Below are positions 29,772-41,640 of a DNA stretch of 64,000 nt, one piece after another. The DNA comes from Armatimonadota bacterium (lineage in GTDB: Bacteria; Armatimonadota; HRBIN16). The stretch is taken from positions 4,448,001 through 4,512,000 of the forward strand of contig OY781964.1 of assembly GCA_963677485.1 (NCBI GenBank), in the 5' to 3' direction. How positions within the stretch are numbered: position 1 is the stretch's first letter; every line of letters begins with the position of its first letter. Both the position numbers and the translations under genes were made by a program. The notes beneath the pieces were generated by a model. The model was given only the letters and a program-made list of their open reading frames with translations, ran no database searches and was not told the DNA's origin.

Positions 29772-30685
29772 AGCCTGATTTGAGCGTGAACCTTGGTGGC
29801 TTGCAGCTTGCCAACCCTGTGATGGTGGCCAGCGGAACGTTTGGATACGGGCAGGAGTTTGCGGATCTGGTGGACATGAACCGACTGGGAGCCATCATGG
29901 TGAAGGGCACCACCTTGAAGCCGCGGCCAGGTAATCCCATGCCCCGCATGGTGGAGACGAAATCGGGCTGCTTGAATGCCATCGGGCTGCAAAATCCGGG
30001 CATTGACGCCTTCCTTTCGGAAAAGCTGCCGTTTCTGCGGCAGTTTGACTGCAAAGTGATAGTCAACATCGGAGCCGACAATAAAGAGGAATATCCCATC
30101 CTGGCTGAGATGCTGGAAGGGCAGGAGGGCGTTCACGCCATTGAGCTAAACATTAGCTGTCCGAACCAGCAAAAAGGCGGTTTACAGTTTGGGATCGACC
30201 CCGATGCCATTGTTGATGTCGTGTCAAGTGTGAAAGAGAAGACCACTCTACCTCTCATCGTCAAGCTTTCACCAAATGTCACAGACATCACCCTTGCGGC
30301 TAAAGCGGCTGTTAAGGGTGGTGCGGATGTGCTGAGCCTGGTCAACACCTTCACTGGGACTGCGATCGACGCCAATAGCCGGAAATTCAGAATCGCCAAT
30401 CTGCAGGCAGGCCTGAGCGGTCCCTGTATTAAGCCGATCGCCTTGTTGATGGTCTACAAAGTGGCACAGGCGGTCGATATCCCCATCATTGGCATGGGCG
30501 GCATCATGAATGCCACCGACGCGGTGGAGTTCATGCTGGCTGGAGCGTCCGCCGTCGCGTTGGGCACGGTGAACTACGTGAATCCGCTGGCCTGTATGCA
30601 GGTGATCGACGGCATTGAGGAGTATCTAGTAGCACAAGGTAAATCTTCTGTAACACAGATCGTAGGAACGGTGGAGAGAGTATGA
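29762..30685 (+). CDS. pyrD: Dihydroorotate dehydrogenase family 1B, catalytic subunit
   Basis: ASGTFGYG, NAIGLQNPG, ELNISCPN, KLSPN, GLSGPCIKP. Confidence 0.96.
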   Translation: MGMKPDLSVNLGGLQLANPVMVASGTFGYGQEFADLVDMNRLGAIMVKGTTLKPRPGNPMPRMVETKSGCLNAIGLQNPGIDAFLSEKLPFLRQFDCKVIVNIGADNKEEYPILAEMLEGQEGVHAIELNISCPNQQKGGLQFGIDPDAIVDVVSSVKEKTTLPLIVKLSPNVTDITLAAKAAVKGGADVLSLVNTFTGTAIDANSRKFRIANLQAGLSGPCIKPIALLMVYKVAQAVDIPIIGMGGIMNATDAVEFMLAGASAVALGTVNYVNPLACMQVIDGIEEYLVAQGKSSVTQIVGTVERV

Positions 30686-31401
30686 ACCCCAAAGAACGCA
30701 TTCTCATTGCACTAGATACCTCGGACCGGCAGCAGGCGGTGGCATGGGCGAAATCCTTGAAAGGCGCGGTCGGCGGTTTTAAGGTCGGTTTGGAGTTGGT
30801 GAATGCCGCTGGTCTTGATATCCTGCAGGAGATTCAACAAGTCGGGCAAGCCAATGTGTTCTACGACGCCAAGTTTCATGACATACCTAACACCGTGGCG
30901 AAGGCGGTATCAGCCGCTTGTTCGCGGGGCGTGTGGATGCTGAACGTTCATGCCTGCGGCGGGTCAGCGATGATGTCCGCCGCCGCCGAAGCCGCGGCAG
31001 CGGCCAGCCAAGTGCCGCTGATGATTGCTGTGACCGTGTTGACCAGCATCAGCGCTGAGGTGCTGACAAACGAGTTGAGTGTCACGAACAGCCCTGAACA
31101 GCAGGTGCTGCAATTGGCTCAACTGGCACAGTCCTCAGGGATGGACGGCGTGGTAAGCAGCGCCCGCGAGGTGCTGCGACTGCGGCAGAGCCTGGGCAGC
31201 CAATTTGTGCTGGTGACTCCAGGAATTCGCATGAAGGGTGACACAGCCGGTGATCAGGTTCGGATTGCGACGCCGGGCAACGCGGTCCGCGATGGGGCAG
31301 ACTATCTGGTGGTAGGACGTTCGGTGACGGAAGCCGAATCCCCTGTAGAGAAGTTGGAGCTCATTCTGCGCGACATACAGACGGCTCTGCATCCCGACTA
31401 G
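30682..31401 (+). CDS. pyrF: Orotidine-5'-phosphate decarboxylase
   Basis: DAKFHDIPNTV, AVTVLTS, VTPGIR, VVGRS. Confidence 0.96.
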   Translation: MNPKERILIALDTSDRQQAVAWAKSLKGAVGGFKVGLELVNAAGLDILQEIQQVGQANVFYDAKFHDIPNTVAKAVSAACSRGVWMLNVHACGGSAMMSAAAEAAAAASQVPLMIAVTVLTSISAEVLTNELSVTNSPEQQVLQLAQLAQSSGMDGVVSSAREVLRLRQSLGSQFVLVTPGIRMKGDTAGDQVRIATPGNAVRDGADYLVVGRSVTEAESPVEKLELILRDIQTALHPD

Positions 31402-31460
31402 TATTATTCGCCATACGTGGCATTGTCGATCTCGATATTTGGTATCCAGGAGGTTTATCT

Positions 31461-32012
31461 ATGAAAATACTCATTATTTCCGGTAGTCGAAACCCTGATG
31501 GACAGACAGGACAGGCTGCCCACGCCTACTCGAAGGGCATCGCGGCAGGGGGTGGACGCAGCGAACATGTCATCCTGCCGATACTGGACATTCAACGTTG
31601 CCGGCAGTGTGAAGATAACGGCTGGGGCATCTGTCGAACGCAAGGTAAGTGTGTGATCGAAGATGACTTCGCTGGTATTGTCCAGAAGATTCGGGAAGCC
31701 GATGCCGTGGTTTTCGCATCGCCTGTGTATTTCAGCAACATCAGCGAGAGCCTGCGGGCATTCCTGGATCGCCTGCGGAGAATCTGCATCAACGAAGAGG
31801 GCCGTAAAGAGATCGCCGGTAAACCAGCCGTAGGCATCTGTGTGGCAGGCGGCGGCGGTGGAGGGGCTCCACGCTGCTGTTCCGACCTTGACTTTGTCTT
31901 GTTGAGCACCGGTTTTGTGGTCAGTGACATGATCCCGGTCCGGCGTATGAACCTTGAACAAAAAATAGCCCAGTTGATATCGGCTGGCGAGGCGATAGCC
32001 AGAGGCCACTAG
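31461..32012 (+). CDS. Flavodoxin-fold iron-sulfur flavoprotein (FMN reductase family)
   Basis: SGSRNPDGQT, CRQCE..WGIC....C, FASPVYF, FLDRL. AGGAGG RBS. Confidence 0.85.
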   Translation: MKILIISGSRNPDGQTGQAAHAYSKGIAAGGGRSEHVILPILDIQRCRQCEDNGWGICRTQGKCVIEDDFAGIVQKIREADAVVFASPVYFSNISESLRAFLDRLRRICINEEGRKEIAGKPAVGICVAGGGGGGAPRCCSDLDFVLLSTGFVVSDMIPVRRMNLEQKIAQLISAGEAIARGH

Positions 32013-32153
32013 TCTCATCTGCGCTTGGTGACCGTCTTATGGTGTGCCTTGCAGCTGTTATTTACGATGTAGATAACACCTGCAAGGCACATTCGTCTAG
32101 TGTTGTAAATACCCTGCCCGTCACTGGAGTGGTGCTTCATGGGAGTGAACTGG

Positions 32154-33093
32154 ATGCGTAGAAGCTGTGTTTTGTGTTGTGCTATAGTGGCGATATCGGG
32201 CTTGATGTTTAGTTTGTCCGTACATGCTGCCCCAACTGCTACGCGGGAAGTCGTAAAAGGCATCAGCACCGAACGCGTGGTTGAGGGGGAGCCTTATAGA
32301 ATTGCCGGAAAGCGCGTGGTGTTTGATAACTGGTTCTATATTCAACCAGGGGATTTAGACTGGCATCGGCAGGCGGGCGATCGGGAGAAGTGAGAGCAGT
32401 GATTTCCGCTCCTTTCCGCCATCCAAATGCTTGATCGAACCCACACCAGATATGCTGCCGTCCGAGGTGCTCTACACCAACTGCTACACCACGATTCCTG
32501 GCGCTCCAGATAATCACCTGATGTTTCCGACCATCTGGAACGCCTCGATCGACGACACTACCCGCGTTGGGTTCCTCTCGAGCCATGATGGTCAGATCTG
32601 GCATTGGGTGCCGGGTGGGCAGTTGATCGATACCCAGCCGTTTGGCCAATGGAATGGGGGATGTGTCTGGGTGATGCCCAACCTGGTTGAGTTTCCAAAC
32701 GGGGACTGGGCGTTACTGTATATGGGGCACAACATCCCGCATAAATACCCGCGGGGTATCCGGCAGGGCGGCGTTGGGTATGCCGTCTGGCCCAAGGGGC
32801 GCCTTGTGGCAGTGGAGGCGCAAGACCAGGGGGAGTTCACGATGATTGCGATGATACCCCCCGGGCGGAAACTGAAGATCAATGCGGTCACGCGTCGGTC
32901 AGGCAGCGTGCTGGTGGAGGTGGCTGGTAAAAACGGCCGCAGCTTCGTGGAATGCAAGCCGATCGTGGGCGACCATATGTGGAGCACGGTCAGTTGGAAG
33001 GGTGTAGATGATATGGGCAACGAACCAGGACAGGCGATCACACTGAAGTTCAAACTCAACATCGCGAGTATTTACGGGCTGGAGTTTGAGTGA
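32154..33093 (+). pseudogene. Disrupted secreted protein (glycosidase-like propeller plus C-terminal beta domain)
   Basis: A signal-peptide-bearing frame reads to ...QPGDLDW (about 32363). Protein-like sequence then continues in another frame (GIGRRAIGRSESSDF...LEFE*), which has a TAG at 32356-32358. Confidence 0.65.
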
Positions 33094-33174
33094 GTATGTA
33101 GTTTTATTCAGCAGCACCGGAGTAAACTTTATATAGTTTAGCGCTGAGTTTGCGCAGTAGATGCAGGTTAATAC

Positions 33175-34524
33175 ATGAAATGGTCCCCATCAGCTTTGGC
33201 AGCACTCGTGATAGGTGTGTTGGTATTTTGGATATCTAACGCAGGATACTCTGCCACCGTTGCGGAACGCACTCAGATCGCCACTGAGTTCATTACGCAG
33301 CTCACGAATGGTGAGTTCACACAGGCAGTGGAGCGGTTTGATCCCAAGATGAAAGAAGTGGCGCCAGCCGATGGTATTAAGAAGGTCTGGAACACCTTGG
33401 TTGAGCAGTGTGGTCCATTTCTGGGCACAGGGGCCACCAACCCAGCACACGAAAATGGGTTTGATGCGATTCTAGTCACATGCCGGTTTCAAAAGGCCAC
33501 CCTTACCGCCAGCGTGGTATTTGACAACAAACTGCAGATTAACGGATTGTGGTTCCGGCCGTATACCGATCCTGCTGCTGCGAAATATTCTCCACCATCA
33601 TATGTCAAACCCGCCAACTTCAGCGAACAGGAGATGACTGTCGGAAGTGGCGAATGGAAACTTCCCGCCACACTGAGTATTCCCAAAGGTAAAGGACCAT
33701 TCCCAGCCGTCGTGTTGGTGCATGGCTCGGGGGCTCAAGATCGTGATGAGACCATCGGCCCCAATAAGCCTTTCCGCGACATAGCACAGGGGTTGGCATC
33801 CCAGGGTATCGCGGTGTTGCGTTACGAAAAGCGAACCAAAGCCCACGGAGTTCAAATGGCCAAGCAAGGCGTCAAGATCACCGTCAAAGAAGAGGTGACC
33901 GATGACGTCCTATTGGCGGTGAAGCTGCTGCGAACCACCAATAGGATCAATCCAAAGAAAGTGTTTGTACTTGGACACAGCATGGGTGGTATGCTGTTGC
34001 CCAGAATCGGCAAGGCTGACCTTCAGATAACCGGATTAATCTCACTGGCCGGCCCATCGCGGCCGCTTGAAGACTTAGTCATTGAGCAAGTCGGCTACCT
34101 TGCTTCGCTTGATGGCAAGCCATCTCCGGAGACTCAGAAGAAGCTGGATGAAATCAAAGCGGATGTTGCCAAAATCAAGGCTTTGCGGGCGAATACCTCA
34201 CTGCCTGAAGGTCTGTTGATCAACGCTCCAGCAACATACTGGCTTGATCTCAACCAATACAAACAAGCTGAAGTGGCTAAGTCATTGAAGATGCCGATGC
34301 TGTTTATTCAGGGAGGGCGTGATTATCAGGTCACACGCGCTGACCTGGACGGCTGGATGGCAGCACTCAAGGGCAAGAAGACGGCCACATTCAAGTATTA
34401 CCCCCAGCTCAACCACCTGATGCAAGATGGTGTTGGCAAGAGCAAGCCTTCTGAGTATGATCAGCGAAAACCGGTCAACCAGCAGGTTCTCGGTGACATC
34501 GCAAACTGGGTGAAGCAGCACTGA
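33175..34524 (+). CDS. Secreted alpha/beta hydrolase with N-terminal DUF3887-like domain
   Basis: Signal peptide, VHGSGAQDRD, GHSMGG nucleophile elbow, GRDYQV, LNHL. Confidence 0.88.
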   Translation: MKWSPSALAALVIGVLVFWISNAGYSATVAERTQIATEFITQLTNGEFTQAVERFDPKMKEVAPADGIKKVWNTLVEQCGPFLGTGATNPAHENGFDAILVTCRFQKATLTASVVFDNKLQINGLWFRPYTDPAAAKYSPPSYVKPANFSEQEMTVGSGEWKLPATLSIPKGKGPFPAVVLVHGSGAQDRDETIGPNKPFRDIAQGLASQGIAVLRYEKRTKAHGVQMAKQGVKITVKEEVTDDVLLAVKLLRTTNRINPKKVFVLGHSMGGMLLPRIGKADLQITGLISLAGPSRPLEDLVIEQVGYLASLDGKPSPETQKKLDEIKADVAKIKALRANTSLPEGLLINAPATYWLDLNQYKQAEVAKSLKMPMLFIQGGRDYQVTRADLDGWMAALKGKKTATFKYYPQLNHLMQDGVGKSKPSEYDQRKPVNQQVLGDIANWVKQH

Positions 34525-34572
34525 GTATTGATGTGCTGGCAGATTTCGGCTACATGAACAGGAGAGACCCTA

Positions 34573-36534
34573 ATGCCAAATATAACCTGGCACGATCAAG
34601 TGTTTTTTGGACTGCATTTTGACTTGCACGCCGGAGCCGGTGACCACGAGCTGGGTAAATCACTCACTCATGATCACCTGAGAGCGATGTTGACTAAAAT
34701 CAACCCGGACTGGGTGCAGTGTGACTGCAAGGGACATGCGGGATACACAAGCTGGCCTACCAAGGTGGGAAGCACGTCGCCAGGTGTGGTTAAGGATTCC
34801 TTGCGGATATATCGCAACGTGACCAAAGAACTGGGTCTGCCGTTAGTGATGCACTATTCGGGGGTTTGGGATGCTCGGGCCGTGGAGCTGCATCCGGAAT
34901 GGCGAAGCATCAAAAGTGACGGGACACCGTCTGGTATGACATGTAACCTCAGTGCCTACACTGACGAACTGATGATTCCTCAGATGATCGAGTTGATCGA
35001 TAACTACGATGTCGATGGCTTCTGGGTGGATGGCGACATGTGGGCCTGTTTGCACTGTTACTGTGATAAGTGCAAATCGGAATTTACCCGGCGCACTGGT
35101 ATGACTGAGTATCCGATTGACAACAGCGAACCTAACTGGGATGTGTGGTCGGACTTCCACCGCACGATATTCGTGGAGCATGTGCGGAAATACACAGATG
35201 CTGTACACATGAGGAAGCCCGGGTGTACCGTCTGCAGCAACTGGATGTATACAGTGGGGCATCCTGACGCGGTCAGTGTGGATGTGGACTACCTCAGCGG
35301 TGACTTTGCCCATGTATGGGGGACTGAAGCATCCTCGATAGAGGGCCGGTTCATTGCCAGCCGCAAAATGTCGTGGGACCTGATGGCGTGGGGATTTACC
35401 ACGGCTGAAAACAAAATGGGTGGCTGGACGTTTAAAACTGCCGCCCATCTGTGTCAGGAGATATCATCAATCATGGCACTGTCGGGAGCCGTGTCGATAT
35501 ATGACCAACCCCAGCGATGCGGATATCACACCGACTGGCACACCGATATATTAGCCGATGTGGCCCGATTCGCCACGGCAAGACAGCCGTGGTGTCAGGA
35601 TACTACCTCAGTACCGCAAGCGGTGATCGTACATTGCCCTGAGCATCTCTACGCTGGAAGCCCCAATATGTTGATGCCAGTCTTTGGCGAGGTTCGAGAT
35701 CCGTTACTCGGTGCGCTTCACGCCTTGCTGGAGAACCACGTGAGCGTAGACATCGTGCGTCCAGACGACCTGATTTATTCACTGTGCGATTACAAACTCG
35801 TGGTCATTCCTGAACAAACCAGACTCAGCGATAGCTTCAAGACGGCTGTACGCATGTATGTCCAACAAGGCGGTAAAGTGATAGCCACTGGCGTGAGTGT
35901 GTCGTCTGACATGGCAGAGTTAGCGGGGGTCATGGCCGACGGAGAGCCGCGAGATGAGTATCTCTATCTACAGGTGGGACGCGAAGCCACAGCACTCAAA
36001 GGTCCATATCAGCCTGTTTCCCTGACCACCGGACAATGCGTGAAGAAGGTGATGAATGAAAACCAGCCAGGGTTGAACGACACCGATATCCCGGCTATCA
36101 CAGTAAACGCCATAGGAGCCGGTCAGTTCCTGGCTATTCACTGCCCAATATTCACGAACTACCGAGCCACGCATTACCCAAGAACACGCCAGCTAATCGG
36201 TGAAATACTACACATGATGAACCCAGGGTTCACTGTCACTGCGGTGGCACCAGCAAGACTGTATCTCGTGCTTCGGCAGAGGCCTGGCTATATGATAATA
36301 CACCTGCTGAACAACGGCACTACGCATCCTATGTCACCGAGCCAGGTAATGGTTGAAGACGTACCGCCATTGGGGCCGGTATCACTTGCGGTCAAGTGCC
36401 CACTGCCACCTAAGCATGTGACTCTTCGTCCTGGCTGCGAGGGTCTCGTCTGGAGTTGGCGCGAGGGCGTTCTGACTGTAGACATACAGAGTGTCGGAAT
36501 CTTTGATTCGGTCGTGATTGCGCTTGACGAATGA
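34573..36534 (+). CDS. Putative glycoside hydrolase (GH151/GHL6-like TIM barrel with trimerisation domain)
   Basis: LHFDLH, CKGHAGYTSWPT, YDVDGFWVDG, CYCDKC. Substrate cannot be determined from the sequence. Confidence 0.7.
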   Translation: MPNITWHDQVFFGLHFDLHAGAGDHELGKSLTHDHLRAMLTKINPDWVQCDCKGHAGYTSWPTKVGSTSPGVVKDSLRIYRNVTKELGLPLVMHYSGVWDARAVELHPEWRSIKSDGTPSGMTCNLSAYTDELMIPQMIELIDNYDVDGFWVDGDMWACLHCYCDKCKSEFTRRTGMTEYPIDNSEPNWDVWSDFHRTIFVEHVRKYTDAVHMRKPGCTVCSNWMYTVGHPDAVSVDVDYLSGDFAHVWGTEASSIEGRFIASRKMSWDLMAWGFTTAENKMGGWTFKTAAHLCQEISSIMALSGAVSIYDQPQRCGYHTDWHTDILADVARFATARQPWCQDTTSVPQAVIVHCPEHLYAGSPNMLMPVFGEVRDPLLGALHALLENHVSVDIVRPDDLIYSLCDYKLVVIPEQTRLSDSFKTAVRMYVQQGGKVIATGVSVSSDMAELAGVMADGEPRDEYLYLQVGREATALKGPYQPVSLTTGQCVKKVMNENQPGLNDTDIPAITVNAIGAGQFLAIHCPIFTNYRATHYPRTRQLIGEILHMMNPGFTVTAVAPARLYLVLRQRPGYMIIHLLNNGTTHPMSPSQVMVEDVPPLGPVSLAVKCPLPPKHVTLRPGCEGLVWSWREGVLTVDIQSVGIFDSVVIALDE

Positions 36535-36607
36535 CCGTCCGAAGTGTGTCGCAGTCCGCTGCAGTGTGGCGGTATTTGTATCTGTGTAGTTTGACGACGC
36601 CATGAAT

Positions 36608-36646
36608 CAAAGGGCCCGGATCGGCATCGATCCGGGCCCTTTGTTT
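36608..36646. terminator. Bidirectional terminator between convergent genes
   Basis: CAAAGGGCCCGGATCG-GCAT-CGATCCGGGCCCTTTG, a perfect 16-bp stem. Confidence 0.8.
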
Positions 36647-36663
36647 ATCTATTGTGAAAGGGT

Positions 36664-38253
<1,590 letters not shown>

Positions 38254-38278
38254 GTTGCTACGTCCACATAGCTGTGTC

Positions 38279-38307
38279 AATATAGCAGAGTGAAGTATAA
38301 AAGTCAA
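38279..38307 (-). promoter_or_regulatory. Sigma70-type promoter of gdhA
   Basis: TTGACT, 17 nt spacer, TATATT, with an extended TG. Confidence 0.6.
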
Positions 38308-38622
38308 GATTACCGATGTGTTTATAGGAGCTGGTTCGGCTAAGCGGCATTGTCATGGAAGCTCGCGAGCTTTTTGTCTCATGATGTTATGGTTATAGTT
38401 GGTCACCACCATAGGTTTCATGACTTGTCGTACAGGTAGTATTACCGGGATTTGTCGCAGGCCGGGACTACAGGCGACAAAGGCAGTTATGGCCGGGTAT
38501 AATTCCAACATATCTTCATCAACTGTATAGAATCATGCATCATAGTGGTAGTTACGAATCACATAATACATGTATCACCAAGAATAGTAAGGACATACTT
38601 TACTCCAGAAAGGAGCAAGATC

Positions 38623-41484
38623 ATGATTTCCTCCAAACTATGGGTGAGAACCGCCATATTCATCACCTTTCTTTGCACTATGACCTCGGCAATACTACAC
38701 GCTACCGTCAGTATCAATGGGCGCATAGAGGTCTGGAACCCTATCAACAATACTTACGAACCTATGAAGCAAATTCGCGTTCGCGTGGTATTGGCTGAGG
38801 ACTTCGATGCCGACACACGTGATGTGGAAGCCACCACCAATGATGACGGATACTTCAGTGCCAATAAGGGAAATCCGTGGTGGCGTGATGGATACCAAGC
38901 CTACTTGATCGTGTTCGCTGAGGTGCCAAACAAACTGGAAATCCAAAGCCATTATATGCAGGTAGACGGGTACCAGGCTTTTGGACGCGGCTTCTACGCT
39001 CCCCAAGATCGCTCCACTGTATCAAACATCAAAATCGGCGGTAGCCAGGCGAATGTCGACACCTACCGTGTGGGAGGAATCGCTCTACTCGGCAACTCCG
39101 ACGGAGCGAATGCCGTCACAGGGCAGAGGGCCTTTTTCCTGTGCCAGGAGATGACTGACCACCGGCGTGCATTGATGGCGATGGCCGCTTCCGATAATGA
39201 CTTTGAGGAGAAGGAGGTCAGTTTCCCACTGGGAGTGCCCGTGGCGAACTACATGCCGATCGACTACATACGGTATCCTGACCTGTATTTCAGGAACAAC
39301 ATAGAGGCCTCTAAGGTCGCACGTCACGAGCTAAGCCATGGGATCATGGCTGATGTATATGGCTCATTGAACTGGCCGGGCTTGACCCACTACCTGACAG
39401 ATGGCCTCAACTCTAGTCACTTTGCAGCCATGCGTAACCCTGTGCCTGAGTGGGCCTGGGTCGAAGGCTGGGCGGATTTCCTGGGTGAATACACGACTGC
39501 GCGGCGGTATGGCCGAAACTTCCAGGATTACGAAACCCAAAACGCCGACTGGCGACGACGGCTGGCGGATCCTGCTCAGGACCGGTGGAATGTCGAGGGC
39601 GAAATCAGTGCAGCCTTGTGGGATATAGCAGACAGCACGGGCTTTGAGAAACGCTTGAATCAAGATTCGAGTATCCCTGGAGACGAGCAGTTCTATGACG
39701 GGATGGCAGACACGAATCTAAGCCGAATATGGACCATATTCAAGCGACATAGTCCTGACATGTTTGTACACGACGATGACGGTGGTGATGACAATCACAG
39801 TTTCATTAGCCACTGGCTGCAAGAATGGCCTTCTGACAAATATGTGCTCAAAAGCATTCTGTTCAACCGTGGGATATTCATGGGACAGGCTCCTGAGACC
39901 CCACCGACAATAGCCCTTGATCCGCCAACGATAGACGGCAACGTCGCCCGTGTCCGATGCCGTATCACGGAAGCTGATCCTGAAGACCGCGACAATATCT
40001 GGGTGCAGGTTTTCGTGAACGGGATGAGCAGGGAGCGGTTCCGGCTTGCCGAGGCTTGGAACGGCGACAGCAGCGAATATACATACGAACATACGAACCT
40101 GCAGTTGTCAGCTTCTGGCCGCACGCCTGCTCCGCCGTCGATAATGGTTGCCGTTGATGATGGCATGTTGTCGGCTTCTGCGACATGCAGCCTCGACAGG
40201 CAGCCGGATGCCACTACTGTGAGTGGACTAGAAATCTACCTGCTCAGCGTGCGGATTTATAACTCGGTGAGAAGTATGTCTAGCCTAGGTGCTGCCAATG
40301 AGATGCGGCTTGTGTTCCAACAAGGGAAGGCAGGGCCAGAGATGACGGTACCTCAGGAAGGGCGGTGGAAGGTGCCTGTAGTAGGCGAATTTGTCTATGA
40401 CACGCCTGTGCTTCTCGCGAGTATTGCAGATACCTCATCGGTATCATTTACTTTGGGGATAGAGGGCGCATCAGGCTCGAAGGAGAAGCTAAGCAAGGAT
40501 CTTCAGAGTCTGGGGAGCATCCGGCACAGCTTTACCGAAGCTGACGATATGGGCATCGGTGAGCATAAGGTGAGCATACCAATGCCAGGCGACTTTAGTG
40601 CCGATGTGGTTTATTCCATTACTCCCCCTGCGAATAACCTGTTGCCCATCAGCCTCTCTGGCATCAACCTGGTTCAAGCTCACAACCGCGCACCCATGGT
40701 ATCGCTGGTGGAACTGACCAAAGAACAGCGGGTGATGCTGGCGGAACCGAAAAAACAACGACCTGCTGCCACTCTATTACTCGATAAATCTAGCAGTGTA
40801 CTATCGAGGTATGCACGGCTGCAATCGGATATCCTCGAGTGTGAGCAAGACCTTGAGAGCAAGATGGGCCGACAGAACGCTGACAGCAAACTCAAATCGG
40901 AGAAGGTTACGGCCCAGGAGCCGATTAAGTTCACCCCCAAGCTACAGTCACTGAAACCTATGCTCCGCAGCGATGTGGAGATCATCGACCTGCCATCTGT
41001 AATATTCTTGGATCAGGACCATAAAGCGGGTGGATTGATTGACGCTGTGCCAGCCAAAGGACAGCCCAGGCTACAGGAGATGCAACAGAGCCTTACCGAT
41101 CTCCAAAAAGAGATGGATGCGCTGCGTGGAGAGGCGCAGCAGCTTCGCGAGGCCATGCTGATTGAAGTGGAGAATCTCAGCACACCAGACAAGGTAGATA
41201 ATACGGCCAGGGAGGGTCTGCAGCTTAAACTTCAGGACATGATCAAGCGGATTGATGAGATGCTACCCTCCATTGATGCATGGGTGCCCATCATCACCAA
41301 ACAGTCGGACATGCTGCAATATGGCTTGACCCTGCCAGTGATCGGCGATCCGGTTATCGGCAAACCGGTGATTGATGTCATCCAGCCGGACGACAATCAA
41401 CCTAAAATCAAACCAAAACAGAAGCCGCTGAAAGGTGACGATCCTATAGACATACTTCCAGATGTTCGTAAGATCAAGGAGTAA
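38623..41484 (+). CDS. Large secreted multidomain protein with zinc-metallopeptidase motif
   Basis: Signal peptide, ARHELSHG (HExxH), downstream EGWADF, beta-rich middle region, helical C-terminus. AAGGAG RBS before ATG 38623. Confidence 0.7.
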   Translation: MISSKLWVRTAIFITFLCTMTSAILHATVSINGRIEVWNPINNTYEPMKQIRVRVVLAEDFDADTRDVEATTNDDGYFSANKGNPWWRDGYQAYLIVFAEVPNKLEIQSHYMQVDGYQAFGRGFYAPQDRSTVSNIKIGGSQANVDTYRVGGIALLGNSDGANAVTGQRAFFLCQEMTDHRRALMAMAASDNDFEEKEVSFPLGVPVANYMPIDYIRYPDLYFRNNIEASKVARHELSHGIMADVYGSLNWPGLTHYLTDGLNSSHFAAMRNPVPEWAWVEGWADFLGEYTTARRYGRNFQDYETQNADWRRRLADPAQDRWNVEGEISAALWDIADSTGFEKRLNQDSSIPGDEQFYDGMADTNLSRIWTIFKRHSPDMFVHDDDGGDDNHSFISHWLQEWPSDKYVLKSILFNRGIFMGQAPETPPTIALDPPTIDGNVARVRCRITEADPEDRDNIWVQVFVNGMSRERFRLAEAWNGDSSEYTYEHTNLQLSASGRTPAPPSIMVAVDDGMLSASATCSLDRQPDATTVSGLEIYLLSVRIYNSVRSMSSLGAANEMRLVFQQGKAGPEMTVPQEGRWKVPVVGEFVYDTPVLLASIADTSSVSFTLGIEGASGSKEKLSKDLQSLGSIRHSFTEADDMGIGEHKVSIPMPGDFSADVVYSITPPANNLLPISLSGINLVQAHNRAPMVSLVELTKEQRVMLAEPKKQRPAATLLLDKSSSVLSRYARLQSDILECEQDLESKMGRQNADSKLKSEKVTAQEPIKFTPKLQSLKPMLRSDVEIIDLPSVIFLDQDHKAGGLIDAVPAKGQPRLQEMQQSLTDLQKEMDALRGEAQQLREAMLIEVENLSTPDKVDNTAREGLQLKLQDMIKRIDEMLPSIDAWVPIITKQSDMLQYGLTLPVIGDPVIGKPVIDVIQPDDNQPKIKPKQKPLKGDDPIDILPDVRKIKE

Positions 41485-41499
41485 GTCGCAGCCGTAATG

Positions 41500-41543
41500 A
41501 CCGATGGCCTCAGATTTAGGTATCTGAGGCCATCGGTTGTTTT
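41500..41543 (+). terminator. Intrinsic terminator
   Basis: ACCGATGGCCTCAGAT-TTAGGT-ATCTGAGGCCATCGGT followed by TGTTTT. Confidence 0.8.
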
Positions 41544-41640
41544 GGCGGCAACCGGACTACTTTCCCCGGGTATAATTAGGTGTGGTAAGTCGTTTTATTA
41601 ATAACCAATGCCATCACTATGAAATCCCAGGGGGCTGATC

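Noticed and set aside
31455-32018. 187-aa - strand ORF exactly opposite the flavoprotein gene
   Set aside because: The + strand ORF has the family motifs and an RBS; this one is a mirror frame.
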